From an uncultured bacterium (lineage in GTDB: Bacteria > Acidobacteriota > Vicinamibacteria > Vicinamibacterales > UBA2999): 64,000 nt of DNA. Position 1 is the first letter of the stretch, and every line of letters begins with the position of its first letter. The translations under genes were made by a program, and so were the position numbers. The stretch is from positions 3,537 to 67,536 of the forward strand of contig CAWULT010000010.1 in the NCBI GenBank assembly GCA_963923455.1, in the 5' to 3' direction. Shown piece by piece: positions 14,092 to 23,838 of this stretch. A model generated the notes under the pieces. That model was not told the origin of the DNA. It ran no database searches and worked only from the letters and a program-made list of their open reading frames with translations.

Positions 14092-15447
14092 TCAGTGCAC
14101 CTCGACGCGGCCTCGTGCCCCCTTCTTCGGAGGAATCAATGTCGGCGAGGCCGATTCGCTGCCCACGAAATAGGACGCGCACGCCGCGTCGAGCAGCTCC
14201 TTGTTGATCGTCGGCTCGATGCCCCGGTACCGACAGAGGGCCATGACCTGGTCGAGGAGATCGCGGGGGTGACAGGCCCGCAGCGGGCGCCCGGCCGGCT
14301 GGTAGTGCCGGCGCTGCAGATACGCCACCACCACCTGGTGGAACTGCAGCCGCCGCTGGCGGCAGTTCATCTCGAAGATCTTCGAGAACTGCTCCTCGGT
14401 CGGGTCGTCCACCGCGATCTTGTACGGGATGCGGCGCATGAAGGCCTCGTCGGCGAGCGAGGCCGGCTCGAGGTTGGTGGCGAAGACGATCAGCACGTCG
14501 AAGGGCACCTGGAACTTCTTGCCCGTGTGCAGCGTGAGGTAGTCGACGCGGCTCTCCAGCGGCACGATCCAGCGGTTCAACAGCTCGTCCGGCCGGATGC
14601 GCTGCCGGCCGAAGTCGTCCACCAGGAACACGCCGCCGTTGGCCCGCAGCTGGAGCGGCGCCTCGTAGAACTTCGCCAGCGGGTTGAACGTCAGGTCGAG
14701 CATGTCCATCGTCAGCTCGCCGCCGACGATGACGACGGGCCGCCGGATGCGCACCCAGCGGCGGTCGCGCGGCTCGGCCTTGATGATGCTCGAGTGATCC
14801 GGCTCCTCCGCGTCGAGCGCCTCGTGCACGATCGGGTCGTACATCGTGATGACGTGCCCCTCGACCTCGATCGCGTACGGCATGTACATGTCGCCGCCGA
14901 CGCTGCGGCCGAGCCCTTCGGCGATCACCGACTTGCCGTTGCCGGGCGGGCCGTACAGAAAGAGCGCCTTGTTCGCGTTGACGGCCGGCCCGAGTTGTTC
15001 GAGGAGCCGGTCGCCCACGATCAGGTGCGAGAAGCCCTTGCGCAGGCGCTGGCGGTCGACGTAGCCACGGGCCGCCTGCAGGGCGCGCATCTGTGCCACG
15101 TAGGCGGACAGCGGCACGGGCGCCGCGCCCGTGTAGAGGTTCACCTCGAAGTACTGCTGCGCGCGGTCGCGCCCGAGGTCGGTGAGCGCATAGCGGTAGC
15201 TGGCGCTCGAGGCGCTCGACGCGCCACGGACCTCGATCAGCCGTTCCGTGCGCAGGCGCATGACGATCGGCTCGAGGATGGTGTAGGGCAGCTTCAGACG
15301 CTCGGCGAGCTGCAGGCCGGTGGACTCGCCCGCGTAGAGCGTCTTGACGAGGAGCTGCTCGACCTGGTCGGTGCTCAGCCCCGTGTCGGCCAGCGTCGCC
15401 GGGACGGGGGGTGCGGGGGTGCGGTGAATCTCGGGCTGCTCGCTCAT
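14092..15447 (-). CDS. AAA+ ATPase with an N-terminal winged-helix-like domain (not a canonical Tad component)
   Basis: Walker A GPPGNGKS, Walker B FLVDDFG, sensor-1 VFATN, Arg finger region FMRRIPYKI. 4-nt overlap with tadC upstream. No GAFTGA loop, so not a sigma-54 activator. Confidence 0.8.
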   Translation of the reverse strand: MSEQPEIHRTPAPPVPATLADTGLSTDQVEQLLVKTLYAGESTGLQLAERLKLPYTILEPIVMRLRTERLIEVRGASSASSASYRYALTDLGRDRAQQYFEVNLYTGAAPVPLSAYVAQMRALQAARGYVDRQRLRKGFSHLIVGDRLLEQLGPAVNANKALFLYGPPGNGKSVIAEGLGRSVGGDMYMPYAIEVEGHVITMYDPIVHEALDAEEPDHSSIIKAEPRDRRWVRIRRPVVIVGGELTMDMLDLTFNPLAKFYEAPLQLRANGGVFLVDDFGRQRIRPDELLNRWIVPLESRVDYLTLHTGKKFQVPFDVLIVFATNLEPASLADEAFMRRIPYKIAVDDPTEEQFSKIFEMNCRQRRLQFHQVVVAYLQRRHYQPAGRPLRACHPRDLLDQVMALCRYRGIEPTINKELLDAACASYFVGSESASPTLIPPKKGARGRVEVH

Positions 15448-16358
15448 TTGTCCGCCGCCAGCGGGAAGAGGACCTCGACGATCTTGATCGCCGCCGGCCC
15501 GATCGTGACGACCCAGACGGCCGGGAAGATGCAGAAGACGAGCGGGAAGACCATCTTCACGCCGGTCTTCGCGGCCGCCTCCTCGGCCCGCTGCTTGCGC
15601 TTGGTCCGCAGCGTGTCCGACTGGACGCGCAGGGATCGGGCGACGCTCGTGCCGAACTTGTCGGTCTGGATCAGCATCGCCGCCAGCGACGACAGGTCAT
15701 CGACGCCGGTGCGGTCGGCCAGGTTGCGCAGCGCCTCGGCGCGCGCCTTGCCGGCCCGCAGCTCGAGATTGATCAGGCGCAGCTCGTCCGAGAGCTCCGG
15801 ATGGGCGAAGGCCAGCTCCTGCCCCACACGCTGGAGGGCCTGGTCGAGGCCGAGACCCGCTTCCACGCTGACGACGAGCAGATCCAGCGCGTCTGGCAGC
15901 GACAGGCGGATCCGATGCTGCCGTGCCGCGGCCATGCGCGCCAGGCCCATGCCCGGCAGCAGGTAGCCGACGGCCGCCGCGCCGAGGGCCAGGGCCAGGT
16001 TCGGCTTCATCACGATCGGGTTCGACGCGACGACGAAGAACATGATCGAGACGCCGAGCCGGATCCCGAAGAAGACCGTCAGGGCCTCCGGGCCCCGGTA
16101 CCCAGCGGTGATCAGCCGCTGGTGGAGCTTGCCGAGCTCGCTCGCCGAGCGCGGTGCGGCCTTGCCAAGGCGCTTGACCGTCTTCAGGAAGCCGTCGCCC
16201 GAGAACACGCCGGTGCGGACCGGCGCGGCATCGGGCGCGCGCAGTTCGCCGAGCCGCTGCTCGATGGTCGCGGTCGCGCCCTGCGACAGCGACATCGCGA
16301 CGGCCCCGACCAGCAGCGAGACGAACAGGAAGCCCAGGAGCGGGAGCAGGACAGTCAC
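15444..16358 (-). CDS. tadC: Tad pilus inner-membrane platform protein TadC (T2SSF family)
   Basis: T2SSF-type topology and sequence (..[22 protein letters not shown]..). Position after tadB. Confidence 0.88.
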   Translation of the reverse strand: MTVLLPLLGFLFVSLLVGAVAMSLSQGATATIEQRLGELRAPDAAPVRTGVFSGDGFLKTVKRLGKAAPRSASELGKLHQRLITAGYRGPEALTVFFGIRLGVSIMFFVVASNPIVMKPNLALALGAAAVGYLLPGMGLARMAAARQHRIRLSLPDALDLLVVSVEAGLGLDQALQRVGQELAFAHPELSDELRLINLELRAGKARAEALRNLADRTGVDDLSSLAAMLIQTDKFGTSVARSLRVQSDTLRTKRKQRAEEAAAKTGVKMVFPLVFCIFPAVWVVTIGPAAIKIVEVLFPLAADK

Positions 16359-16359
16359 G

Positions 16360-17325
16360 TCACACCTCGATCTTGATCACGCGCCGGATCCAGATGAATC
16401 CGATGGTCTGCATCACGATGGCGCCCATGATCATCGTGCGGCCCATCCGCGCTTCGAACAGCGTCTTCATGTGGTCGGGGCTGATGAACGACAGCGCGAT
16501 GGCCAGCGCCGCCGGCAGCGCCAGCAGCACGTACCCGGTGAAGCGGCCGTGCGCCGTGTGCACGCGGACCTGCCGCAGAATCTTGAAGCGCTCGCGGACG
16601 ACCGACGCGAGGTTGTCGAGGATCTCGGCGAGGTTGCCGCCCGTCTCGCGCTGGATCTGCACGGCCGTCACGAAGAAGCGGACGTCCATGTGGGGGACCC
16701 GCTCGGCGAGCGAGTTCAGCGCCTCTTTCAGGGGCAGGCCGAACTTCTGCTGCTCGAAGCTCTTGCGGAACTCCGTGCCCACGGGGTCGGGGAGTTCGTC
16801 GGCCACCATGCCCATCGCGGTCTGGAAGGCATGGCCGGCGCGCAGCGCGCGGGCCAGCAGGTCGAGGCTCTCGGGGAACTGCTCCTCGAACGCCTTCATG
16901 CGGACGGACCGCTTGTAGACCAGCCACAGCACCGGCAGCGTGAGGCCCGCCAGGCCCACGAGAAAGGCCACGAGCACCTGGTGCGCGAACAACAGGCCGA
17001 CGAGCGACAGCGCGACGCCGGAGGCGACGCACATCAGCACGACGGCGCTCGCCGTCGTCTTGACGCCGGACTGCTCGATCAGCCGGTTCAGCGACGCGCC
17101 ACGGTCCGCGCCGGCCACCAGGCGATCCAGGGCCGGCAGGGGACTCGTCGGGGCCTGGCTGATCACCGACCCTTCGCCGGACTCGGCCACCGGCGTGGAG
17201 AGATCCCGCAGCCGGCGCTCGAGCTGGCGGCTCGACATCACGGCGGCCAACCGCTGGGCGCCGGCGTAGGCGCCGACGACGACGCCGGTGACCACGAAGA
17301 AGACGATCACGGCGGCCAGCATCAC
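16360..17325 (-). CDS. tadB: Tad pilus inner-membrane platform protein TadB (T2SSF family)
   Basis: T2SSF domain ([22 protein letters not shown]..). 4-nt overlap with cpaF. Confidence 0.88.
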   Translation of the reverse strand: MMLAAVIVFFVVTGVVVGAYAGAQRLAAVMSSRQLERRLRDLSTPVAESGEGSVISQAPTSPLPALDRLVAGADRGASLNRLIEQSGVKTTASAVVLMCVASGVALSLVGLLFAHQVLVAFLVGLAGLTLPVLWLVYKRSVRMKAFEEQFPESLDLLARALRAGHAFQTAMGMVADELPDPVGTEFRKSFEQQKFGLPLKEALNSLAERVPHMDVRFFVTAVQIQRETGGNLAEILDNLASVVRERFKILRQVRVHTAHGRFTGYVLLALPAALAIALSFISPDHMKTLFEARMGRTMIMGAIVMQTIGFIWIRRVIKIEV

Positions 17326-18677
17326 CGCACCTCCGTGACGCCTTCGAACATGGCCGGCGCCAGGTGGATGCCGGCCGCCTGCAGGCGCTCGGCCACCTTC
17401 GGCCGGACGCCGGTGGCCCGGAAGCGGCCGATCACCTTGCCGTTCTCGCCGAGCCCCAGCTTCTCGAAGACGAAGATCTCCTGCGTCGTGATGATGTCGC
17501 CTTCCATGCCGGTGATCTCGGAGATGCTCGTCACCTTGCGGCTGCCGTCGCTGAGGCGCGTCTGCTGGACGATCAGCTGGATCGCCGACGCGATCTGGTG
17601 GCGCATGGCCCGCTCCGGCAGGTTCATGTTCCCCATCGCGATCATCGTCTCGATACGGGTGAGGGCGTCGCGCGGGCTGTTGGCGTGGACGGTGGTCAGC
17701 GAGCCATCGTGGCCCGTGTTCATCGCCTGCAGCATGTCCAGGGCTTCCTCGCCGCGGACCTCGCCCACGACGATGCGGTCGGGCCGCATGCGCAGCGCGT
17801 TGACGACGAGCTGCCGCTGGCGGATCGCGCCCTTGCCCTCGACGTTGGCGGGACGCGTCTCGAGCCGCGCCACGTGCTCCTGGTGCAGCTGCAGTTCGGC
17901 CGCGTCCTCGATCGTGACGATGCGTTCGCGGTCGGAGATGAAGCTCGAGAGCACGTTGAGCAGCGTGGTCTTGCCGGCGCCGGTGCCGCCGCTGATCAGG
18001 CAGTTCAGCTTCGCCTTGACGCAGTAGGACAGGAACTCGAGCATCGGCGCCGTCAGCGCGCCGAGGCCGACGAGGTCGGTGGCCTTCAGGCGCTCGGCCG
18101 GAAACCGGCGGATCGACAGCAGCGGGCCGTCCACGGCCAGCGGCGGAATGATCGCGTTGACGCGCGAGCCGTCGGGCAGCCGCGCGTCGACCATCGGCGA
18201 GCTGTCGTCGACGCGGCGGCCGACGCGGCTGACGATGCGGTCGATGACGCGCAGCAGGTGGCCGTTGTCCTGGAACGTCGCCGTGACGCGCTCGAGGCGG
18301 CCACGCCGCTCGACGAACACGCTCTGATAGGTGTTGACCAGGATGTCGCTGATGCCCGGGTCGCGGAGCAGCGGCTCGAGCGGCCCCAGGCCGAACACGT
18401 CGTCGAGGACCTCGACGAACAGCATTTCCCGCTCGCTGAGGCTGAGGGGCGTTCCCTCCTCGGCCAGCAGCTGCCCGAGCAGCGTGCGAATCTCTCCCTC
18501 GGCGCGGCTGCGATCGGCGTGCGCCAGGGCCTCGAGGTTCAGCCGGTTCAGCAGCTTCCGGTGCACGTTGGCCCGCAGCTCCAGGTACTGCTGCCGCGGG
18601 GCCGGCGGACCGGCGGGCCGGACCGGCGGCTTGCCGGCCGGGCTCTGGGGCGTCACGGGGGGCGTCGCGGTGGCCAT
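17322..18677 (-). CDS. cpaF: Tad pilus secretion ATPase CpaF/TadA
   Basis: Walker [10 protein letters not shown], Asp/His boxes, and [34 protein letters not shown], typical of CpaF. Confidence 0.95.
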   Translation of the reverse strand: MATATPPVTPQSPAGKPPVRPAGPPAPRQQYLELRANVHRKLLNRLNLEALAHADRSRAEGEIRTLLGQLLAEEGTPLSLSEREMLFVEVLDDVFGLGPLEPLLRDPGISDILVNTYQSVFVERRGRLERVTATFQDNGHLLRVIDRIVSRVGRRVDDSSPMVDARLPDGSRVNAIIPPLAVDGPLLSIRRFPAERLKATDLVGLGALTAPMLEFLSYCVKAKLNCLISGGTGAGKTTLLNVLSSFISDRERIVTIEDAAELQLHQEHVARLETRPANVEGKGAIRQRQLVVNALRMRPDRIVVGEVRGEEALDMLQAMNTGHDGSLTTVHANSPRDALTRIETMIAMGNMNLPERAMRHQIASAIQLIVQQTRLSDGSRKVTSISEITGMEGDIITTQEIFVFEKLGLGENGKVIGRFRATGVRPKVAERLQAAGIHLAPAMFEGVTEVR

Positions 18678-18683
18678 GGCGGG

Positions 18684-19856
18684 TTACCAGATGGAAGCGA
18701 GGCGCTGGAGCCCGAGCGTCGACCGCTTCGAGGCGGCGGGCTCCGCCACCCCGGCCTGCGGCTGCAGGATGCGCCGGGTGAACTTGCCGAACTGCGCGGC
18801 CATCTCGGTGTTGTCGGCCAGGGCGAGCGGCACACCCGAGTTGAGCGCGGTCGAGACCGTCTTGTAGTCGCTCGGAAACGTGTGGAAGATGGGCTGGCCG
18901 AGCGCCTGCTCGATCTGCGCCGGCGGAATCGGATACGGTTCCGCCGCTCGGTTCATCAGGATGCGCACGCGGTCGCCACAGGCGCCCAGCTGGCCGATGC
19001 GGTCGAGCAGCCGCTGCGCGTTCCGGATCGACGGCACGTCGGGGTTGGCGACCAGGCAGATCATGTCCGACGTGTAGAGCGACGACACGGCGTTCGGGGT
19101 CAGCTGCGATCCGGCGTCGACGACGATGTGGGCGTACTGCCGGCCGAGCAGCCGGAATACCTCCTCGAGCGCCGCCGTGTCGCTCGGCCCCGGACGGTCG
19201 AACTGGTCGGATCCGGCGAGCATCTCGAGGCCGGACTTGTGCTTCGTCACCAGCTCCCGCAGGAACTCGGTGTCGAGCCGGTGCAGATTGTCGAGGGCAT
19301 CGAGCAGCGTGTAGCGGCTGCGCACGCCCAGGAAGAGCGACACCTCGCCCAGCCCGGCCTTGAGGTCGACGATCACCGTCGGCTTCTTGCTCAGGCGGGC
19401 GATCTCGACGGCGCAGTTCACGGCCATCGTCGTCGTACCGGCGCCGCCCTTGGCTCCGAAGAACGACACGGTGGTCGCCTGGGGCTGGGCCGAGGGCGAC
19501 GCGGCCCGCCGCTGCGCCACCCGGCGGAGTCCCTCGTCGAACGCGTCGCGCGTCGGCGGCCAGACGAAGAACTCGTTGGCGCCGGCACGCATCGCGCGCA
19601 GGATCGCGTCGGGGTTGGCTTCGGCGGACACGAAGAAGATGCCGAGCGTCGGGTCCGCCGCCCGTGCCTGCTCCACGATGCCGACGGCCGCGGCCAGATT
19701 GCCGCGGCCATCGATGATCACAAGGTCCTGCCCCGCACTCCGGCCGAACCGGTCGTCACTGACTCCGACCGGCATCGCGCCGTTCCGGAGCAGCGCGGCG
19801 ACCTCGGTGCGGAATCCTTCGTCCTCGCTGACGATCGAGCCTGTCAAACGCGCCAT
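18684..19856 (-). CDS. cpaE: CpaE/TadZ (atypical receiver domain + ParA/MinD-like ATPase)
   Basis: N-terminal receiver-like domain. Deviant Walker A FFGAKGGAGTTT. Position between the secretin gene and cpaF. Confidence 0.88.
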   Translation of the reverse strand: MARLTGSIVSEDEGFRTEVAALLRNGAMPVGVSDDRFGRSAGQDLVIIDGRGNLAAAVGIVEQARAADPTLGIFFVSAEANPDAILRAMRAGANEFFVWPPTRDAFDEGLRRVAQRRAASPSAQPQATTVSFFGAKGGAGTTTMAVNCAVEIARLSKKPTVIVDLKAGLGEVSLFLGVRSRYTLLDALDNLHRLDTEFLRELVTKHKSGLEMLAGSDQFDRPGPSDTAALEEVFRLLGRQYAHIVVDAGSQLTPNAVSSLYTSDMICLVANPDVPSIRNAQRLLDRIGQLGACGDRVRILMNRAAEPYPIPPAQIEQALGQPIFHTFPSDYKTVSTALNSGVPLALADNTEMAAQFGKFTRRILQPQAGVAEPAASKRSTLGLQRLASIW

Positions 19857-19880
19857 GATGGTGTGCCTGTGTCCCGTCCG

Positions 19881-21842
19881 CTACTGCGTCCCGGCTCGCG
19901 CCGCCTGCGCCTGGTAGGCCGCCTGCGCCTCGCGCAGCCGCGCCTCGGCCGAAGCCACGGCGCGCTGCCGGTTGGGATCGACGCGGGCCGCCTCGTCCTG
20001 CTTCTGCGCGTCCTCGATGGCCCTCTCCTCCGCCTTGCGGCGCTCTTCGGCCAGCCGCTCGGCCTCCTTCTGGGCCTTGGCGGCGGCCTTCTGGGCCTTC
20101 TTCTCTTCCTCTGCGGCCTTCTTCGCCGCGTCGGCCTCGGCGCGGGCGCGCTCCCTGGCGGCCTTCTCCTCGCGCTTCCGCTCGGCCTTGTCGGCCTCCG
20201 CCTGCCGATCGGCCAGGTCATCGGGCTGGCGGCGCGCCTCGTCCGCCGCCTGCTTCACCGCATCGCGCTCGGTCTCGATCCGCGCCTTGTCGGCCGCGAG
20301 CCGCCGGGCCGACGCCTGCTGCGCCGCGGCGCCCTCGCTGATGCTGGACTGCCGGCCGTCGCCGAACGCGGCGGGCGGCGTCGGCTGCGTGCGGCGCTCC
20401 GGCAGCGGGGCCATGAACGGCTCGGGCAGCCGGGGCAGCTGCCCGGTGACGCCCTCCGACTCGGTCGAGAGGATGTGCGGCGTGATCATCACGACCAGTT
20501 CGGTCTGGTCCTTCTTCGCCGCGCGGCTGCGGAACAGCTGGCCGAGGATCGGGATGTCGCCGATGCCGGGAATCTTCTGCATCGTCGACGCCACCTGGTT
20601 GTTCATCAGCCCGGCGATGGCGAACGTCTGGCCGTCGCGCAGGTCCAGTTCGGTCTCGGTGCGCCGCGTCGACAGCGCCGGGATCCGGAAGCCGTTGAGC
20701 ACGACGGCGTTGCCGTAGTCGAGCGAGCTCACCTCGGGCCGCACCTTCAGGTGCACCCGTTCGCCGCTCACCGTCGGCGTGAAGTTCAGCCGGATGCCGA
20801 ACTCCTTGAACTGAATCGAGATCGACTGCTGCTGCCCGGCGCCCTGCATCACCGGCACGGGGAACTCGCCACCGGCCAGGAAGCTCGCTTCCTTGCCGCT
20901 CTCGGACACCAGGTTCGGCTCCGCCAGGCTCTGGAAGAGGCCGCGCTGCTGCATCGCTTTCAGCACGAGGCCCAGGTCGTAGCGCTCGCTGAGGAGGAAC
21001 AGGTTCAGGAAGTCGCTGAACGTGATCTTGCCCGATGCGTCGGTGACGGCCGATCCAAAGTCGCCGTTCGCCTTCGACCAGGCGAGATCCGAGAAGTCCG
21101 GCGCCGCGAACTGCTGCGTCGACGCGCGGCCGATCGTGTTCTTGATGCCGGTCGGGCTCGTGAAGAACGACATGCCGAACTCGGTCATGGCGCTGCGGCT
21201 GACTTCGGCGAAACGCACCTTCAGCAGCACCTGGTTGCTCGGCCGCGCCTCGCGGACCTGCAGCACCGAGGTGACGTCCTCCTTCTTGTCCACCGCCGAA
21301 ACCGCGACGTTGACGATGCGCTCGGCGACCTCCTTGCTCGAGACGGTGCCCGACAGGATCACGCTGCGGCCGTTGCTGCGGACGTCGACCTTCTCGGTCG
21401 GGAAGAGCTGCGTGATCTGCTCCGACAGGCGGGACAGGTCCCGCTGCACGGCGATCTCGTAGCGCCGCACCGCGCCGGCCCGGCTCCAGACGAACATGGA
21501 GATGGCGCCAGGCACCTTGCCGTGCACGAGCAGCTGGTTCGGCGACGTGACCAGCGCGTCGGCCACGTCGGCGCTCGTCAGCGACACGCGTGAGATCGGC
21601 GTGCCCACGTCGATGAGCGCCGAACGCCCGACCAGGATGCGCACCGAGTCGGCGGCCGCCTGGGTATCAGGCGCCTCCACGGCCGCGACGGCCGCGGGAG
21701 CGGCGCTCGCGGAAGCGCCGACCGGCGTCCCGCCCGGCGCCGCGCTCTGCGCGAACACCAGCGAGCCCCCGAAGACCGCGATGATGAAGATGTGGGCGCC
21801 GGTGAGCGCCGTGTGGCCGAGTGCCCTGGAATTCTGTCGCAT
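19881..21842 (-). CDS. cpaC: Tad secretin CpaC/RcpA with a ~190-aa charged Ala/Glu/Lys/Arg-rich C-terminal extension
   Basis: Signal peptide, BON-like N-domains, secretin core (..IPGIGDIPILGQLFRS..ELVVMITPHIL). It is followed by a tail such as KAERKREEKAARERARAEADAAKKAAEEEKKAQKAAAKAQKEAERLAEERRKAEER. Confidence 0.9.
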   Translation of the reverse strand: MRQNSRALGHTALTGAHIFIIAVFGGSLVFAQSAAPGGTPVGASASAAPAAVAAVEAPDTQAAADSVRILVGRSALIDVGTPISRVSLTSADVADALVTSPNQLLVHGKVPGAISMFVWSRAGAVRRYEIAVQRDLSRLSEQITQLFPTEKVDVRSNGRSVILSGTVSSKEVAERIVNVAVSAVDKKEDVTSVLQVREARPSNQVLLKVRFAEVSRSAMTEFGMSFFTSPTGIKNTIGRASTQQFAAPDFSDLAWSKANGDFGSAVTDASGKITFSDFLNLFLLSERYDLGLVLKAMQQRGLFQSLAEPNLVSESGKEASFLAGGEFPVPVMQGAGQQQSISIQFKEFGIRLNFTPTVSGERVHLKVRPEVSSLDYGNAVVLNGFRIPALSTRRTETELDLRDGQTFAIAGLMNNQVASTMQKIPGIGDIPILGQLFRSRAAKKDQTELVVMITPHILSTESEGVTGQLPRLPEPFMAPLPERRTQPTPPAAFGDGRQSSISEGAAAQQASARRLAADKARIETERDAVKQAADEARRQPDDLADRQAEADKAERKREEKAARERARAEADAAKKAAEEEKKAQKAAAKAQKEAERLAEERRKAEERAIEDAQKQDEAARVDPNRQRAVASAEARLREAQAAYQAQAARAGTQ

Positions 21843-21863
21843 GATCGTTCACCTACTCCCGGC

Positions 21864-22727
21864 TCACTGGCCGACGGCTTCCTGGACGCGCTTGTCGCCC
21901 CGGATGATCTCGACGGTGGGCACGGGCTCGGCCTGCGCGACCACGGGACGCGGCGCGGGGGCGGGCGCCTTCGCGGCCCCCCCCGTGCGGCGCACGAGCG
22001 GCCGCGGCATCATGCCGCCCGCCATCAGCGCGGCCGGGCGGATGCCCGCCGTGGTCGGCGCCGTCTTGTCGAGGGGATTCCTCAGTGCGAGCTGAATCTT
22101 GCCTTCCGTGCTGGCCAGCGTCAGACGCTCGGCCTCTTCGGGGCCCACGAGCAGCGTGACCACGCTGACCGCCATCGGCTTCTGCTCGCCGTCCTGCTCG
22201 ATCTTCGTGCCGGCCGCCAGCACCTGCACGTTGGTCAGGATCACCTTGGAGGTGACGTCCGGCGCATTCTGGGTCGGGTTGACGACGGCCACGACGTCGA
22301 CGCGCGTGCCGGGCAGCACGTAGCCGGCGACACCCACCACGTCGTTCACGCGCACCGACATCGCGCGATAGCCCTCCGGGATGACCGGCGGCAGGCCGGC
22401 CCCGGCCTCCTTGGCGGCGAGCTTCGACGGCAGGAACACCTCGTTCTGTGACACCGGCTGGATCAGGCCGCGGCCGACGAGTTCGTCGGCCGACCCGAAG
22501 GCGCCGGAGGGCACGGCGTTGGCCGGCCACTGGATCACGCGCAGGCTCTCGGGCCGCAGTTCGGCGCCGAGCGTCAGGTCGCCCGAGGCGACGACGACCG
22601 GGCGCGTCGGCACCCCGCCGCCCGATTGCGACGGGACGGACTGCATGTAGCGGTAGGTGCCGAACGCGAACGTGCCCCCGGCCGCGACGGCCAGCGCGAG
22701 CACGATGAAGATTCGGATGCGAGCCAT
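21864..22727 (-). CDS. cpaB: Flp pilus assembly protein CpaB/RcpC (SAF domain)
   Basis: N-terminal TM (IFIVLALAVAAGGTFAF), SAF/RcpC-type sequence, and position. Confidence 0.85.
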   Translation of the reverse strand: MARIRIFIVLALAVAAGGTFAFGTYRYMQSVPSQSGGGVPTRPVVVASGDLTLGAELRPESLRVIQWPANAVPSGAFGSADELVGRGLIQPVSQNEVFLPSKLAAKEAGAGLPPVIPEGYRAMSVRVNDVVGVAGYVLPGTRVDVVAVVNPTQNAPDVTSKVILTNVQVLAAGTKIEQDGEQKPMAVSVVTLLVGPEEAERLTLASTEGKIQLALRNPLDKTAPTTAGIRPAALMAGGMMPRPLVRRTGGAAKAPAPAPRPVVAQAEPVPTVEIIRGDKRVQEAVGQ

Positions 22728-22795
22728 AAACAGGGTGCTCCAGAAGACGGAAGACTACGGCCGCGCGGCACGCGGGAGGCGCGCGGACCTCATGG

Positions 22796-23290
22796 TCACC
22801 ACCCGAGCGCCACGAGCATCACGCCCAGCGCGATCGCGGGCGCGTACGCGAACCGGTTGTCGGCCGACGGGCTCTCGATGTCGGCCGCGGCCGCCTCTCC
22901 GCCGGACACCAGCCGGGCCGTCAGGCCGAGCGTCCGCGTGAGGCGGCGTCGATAGAACGCCACGGCGAGGGCGAGTACGCCGCCCGCGATGGCCGTGTTG
23001 AGGAACGCGTACAGCGTGTCCTCGGGACCGAGCAGGGCGCCCGCGGCGGCGAGCAGCTTGACGTCACCCGCGCCAGTGGCACCGAAGATGTGGCCCGGCA
23101 GCATGCAGGCCAGGCCGAGCGCGCACCCGAGCAGCGATGCCCCCAGCCCGACGCGCCCGAGACCGGCGGCGGCGATGCCGAAGCCGACGGCGGCGAGGGT
23201 CACGGTCAGGACGTTCGGCACGCGGCGGGTGCGGATGTCGATGAGCGCAGCCGCACCGGTGCCCGTAGCCACGATGGCCAGCACCAGCAC
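22796..23290 (-). CDS. cpaA: Prepilin peptidase CpaA/TadV (A24 family)
   Basis: Both catalytic Asp contexts are present (ALIDIRTRRVPN and GAGDVKLLAA). GTG at 23290 lies directly after the flp stop. Alternative in-frame starts at 23323 and 23368 would overlap flp. Confidence 0.85.
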   Translation of the reverse strand: MLVLAIVATGTGAAALIDIRTRRVPNVLTVTLAAVGFGIAAAGLGRVGLGASLLGCALGLACMLPGHIFGATGAGDVKLLAAAGALLGPEDTLYAFLNTAIAGGVLALAVAFYRRRLTRTLGLTARLVSGGEAAAADIESPSADNRFAYAPAIALGVMLVALGW

Positions 23291-23291
23291 G

Positions 23292-23480
23292 TCAGATGGC
23301 GGAAGTGGCGGCAGCGATGACATTCCAGAACACCGTGCTGATGGTCTCTCCGACCGTTCGAACGGCACCGATGGCGACCAGGGCGATGAGCGCCGCGAGC
23401 ATCGCGTACTCGAGCAAGTCCTGGCCTTCGTCGTCGCCCCGCACGCCCGCGAGGACGTACCGCATGCTCAGTGAACCCAT
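23292..23480 (-). CDS. flp: Flp/Fap prepilin (62 aa), promoter-distal copy
   Basis: MGSLSMRYVLAGVRGDDEG/QDLLEYAMLAALIALVAIG.. has the G/xxxxEY Flp processing motif plus a hydrophobic helix. GGGAG Shine-Dalgarno 7 nt before ATG 23480. In the track it is buried in a chimeric 173-aa ORF. Confidence 0.85.
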   Translation of the reverse strand: MGSLSMRYVLAGVRGDDEGQDLLEYAMLAALIALVAIGAVRTVGETISTVFWNVIAAATSAI

Positions 23481-23517
23481 AGTGCCGCTCCCGTGATGCG
23501 TGAACCCCGTGTCGGGC

Positions 23518-23541
23518 GAGGACGGACCGGAGTCCGTCCTC
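23518..23541 (-). promoter_or_regulatory. Perfect 10-bp GC-rich hairpin between the two flp genes (possible attenuator or mRNA-stabilising stem)
   Basis: GAGGACGGAC-cgga-GTCCGTCCTC read directly. No U-tract follows it on the minus strand. Confidence 0.5.
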
Positions 23542-23563
23542 CCTCCGAGCCTGTCGCTGTGAA

Positions 23564-23743
23564 CTACGGCGTGGGCGCCAGCGCGGTCGTGATGCGACCG
23601 AAGATCGCGCTCACGTTCGTGCCGGTGGTGGTGACCGTGGCCACCGCGACGAGCGCGATCAGCGCCACGAGCAGGGCGTACTCGAGCAGGTCCTGACCCG
23701 ACTCGTTGCGAACCAGCGCCCGAAGGCGAGAAATGAGATTCAT
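23564..23743 (-). CDS. flp: Flp/Fap prepilin (59 aa), promoter-proximal copy; absent from the ORF track
   Basis: Manual translation: MNLISRLRALVRNESG/QDLLEYALLVALIALVAVATVTTTGTNVSAIFGRITTALAPTP*. GGGAGGAA Shine-Dalgarno 5 nt before ATG 23743; TAG at 23564-23566. Confidence 0.85.
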   Translation of the reverse strand: MNLISRLRALVRNESGQDLLEYALLVALIALVAVATVTTTGTNVSAIFGRITTALAPTP

Positions 23744-23838
23744 GTCCGTTCCTCCCGCGCATTCCGTCCGGAACGCGCCAGTGTGTTTCGAATGCGGTCA
23801 CGCTCCCCAGCACAACCGCGACGACGCCCCCTAGAAGC

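Noticed and set aside
14092-15447. The AAA+ ATPase as the sigma-54 enhancer-binding protein for the two promoters
   Set aside because: It has no GAFTGA loop and no C-terminal Fis-type HTH. The wHTH-like domain is N-terminal, and the Walker/sensor pattern is not NtrC-like.
17364-21593. 1409-aa ORF on the plus strand
   Set aside because: It is antisense to four well-recognised tad genes (cpaF, cpaE, cpaC). Its composition is Arg/Gly/His/Asp-rich and typical of shadow frames in high-G+C DNA. It has no motif.
23292-23813. 173-aa ORF in the track
   Set aside because: Only its last 62 codons (the flp prepilin, with its own Shine-Dalgarno) look real. The upstream part runs out of frame through the other flp gene and its leader.
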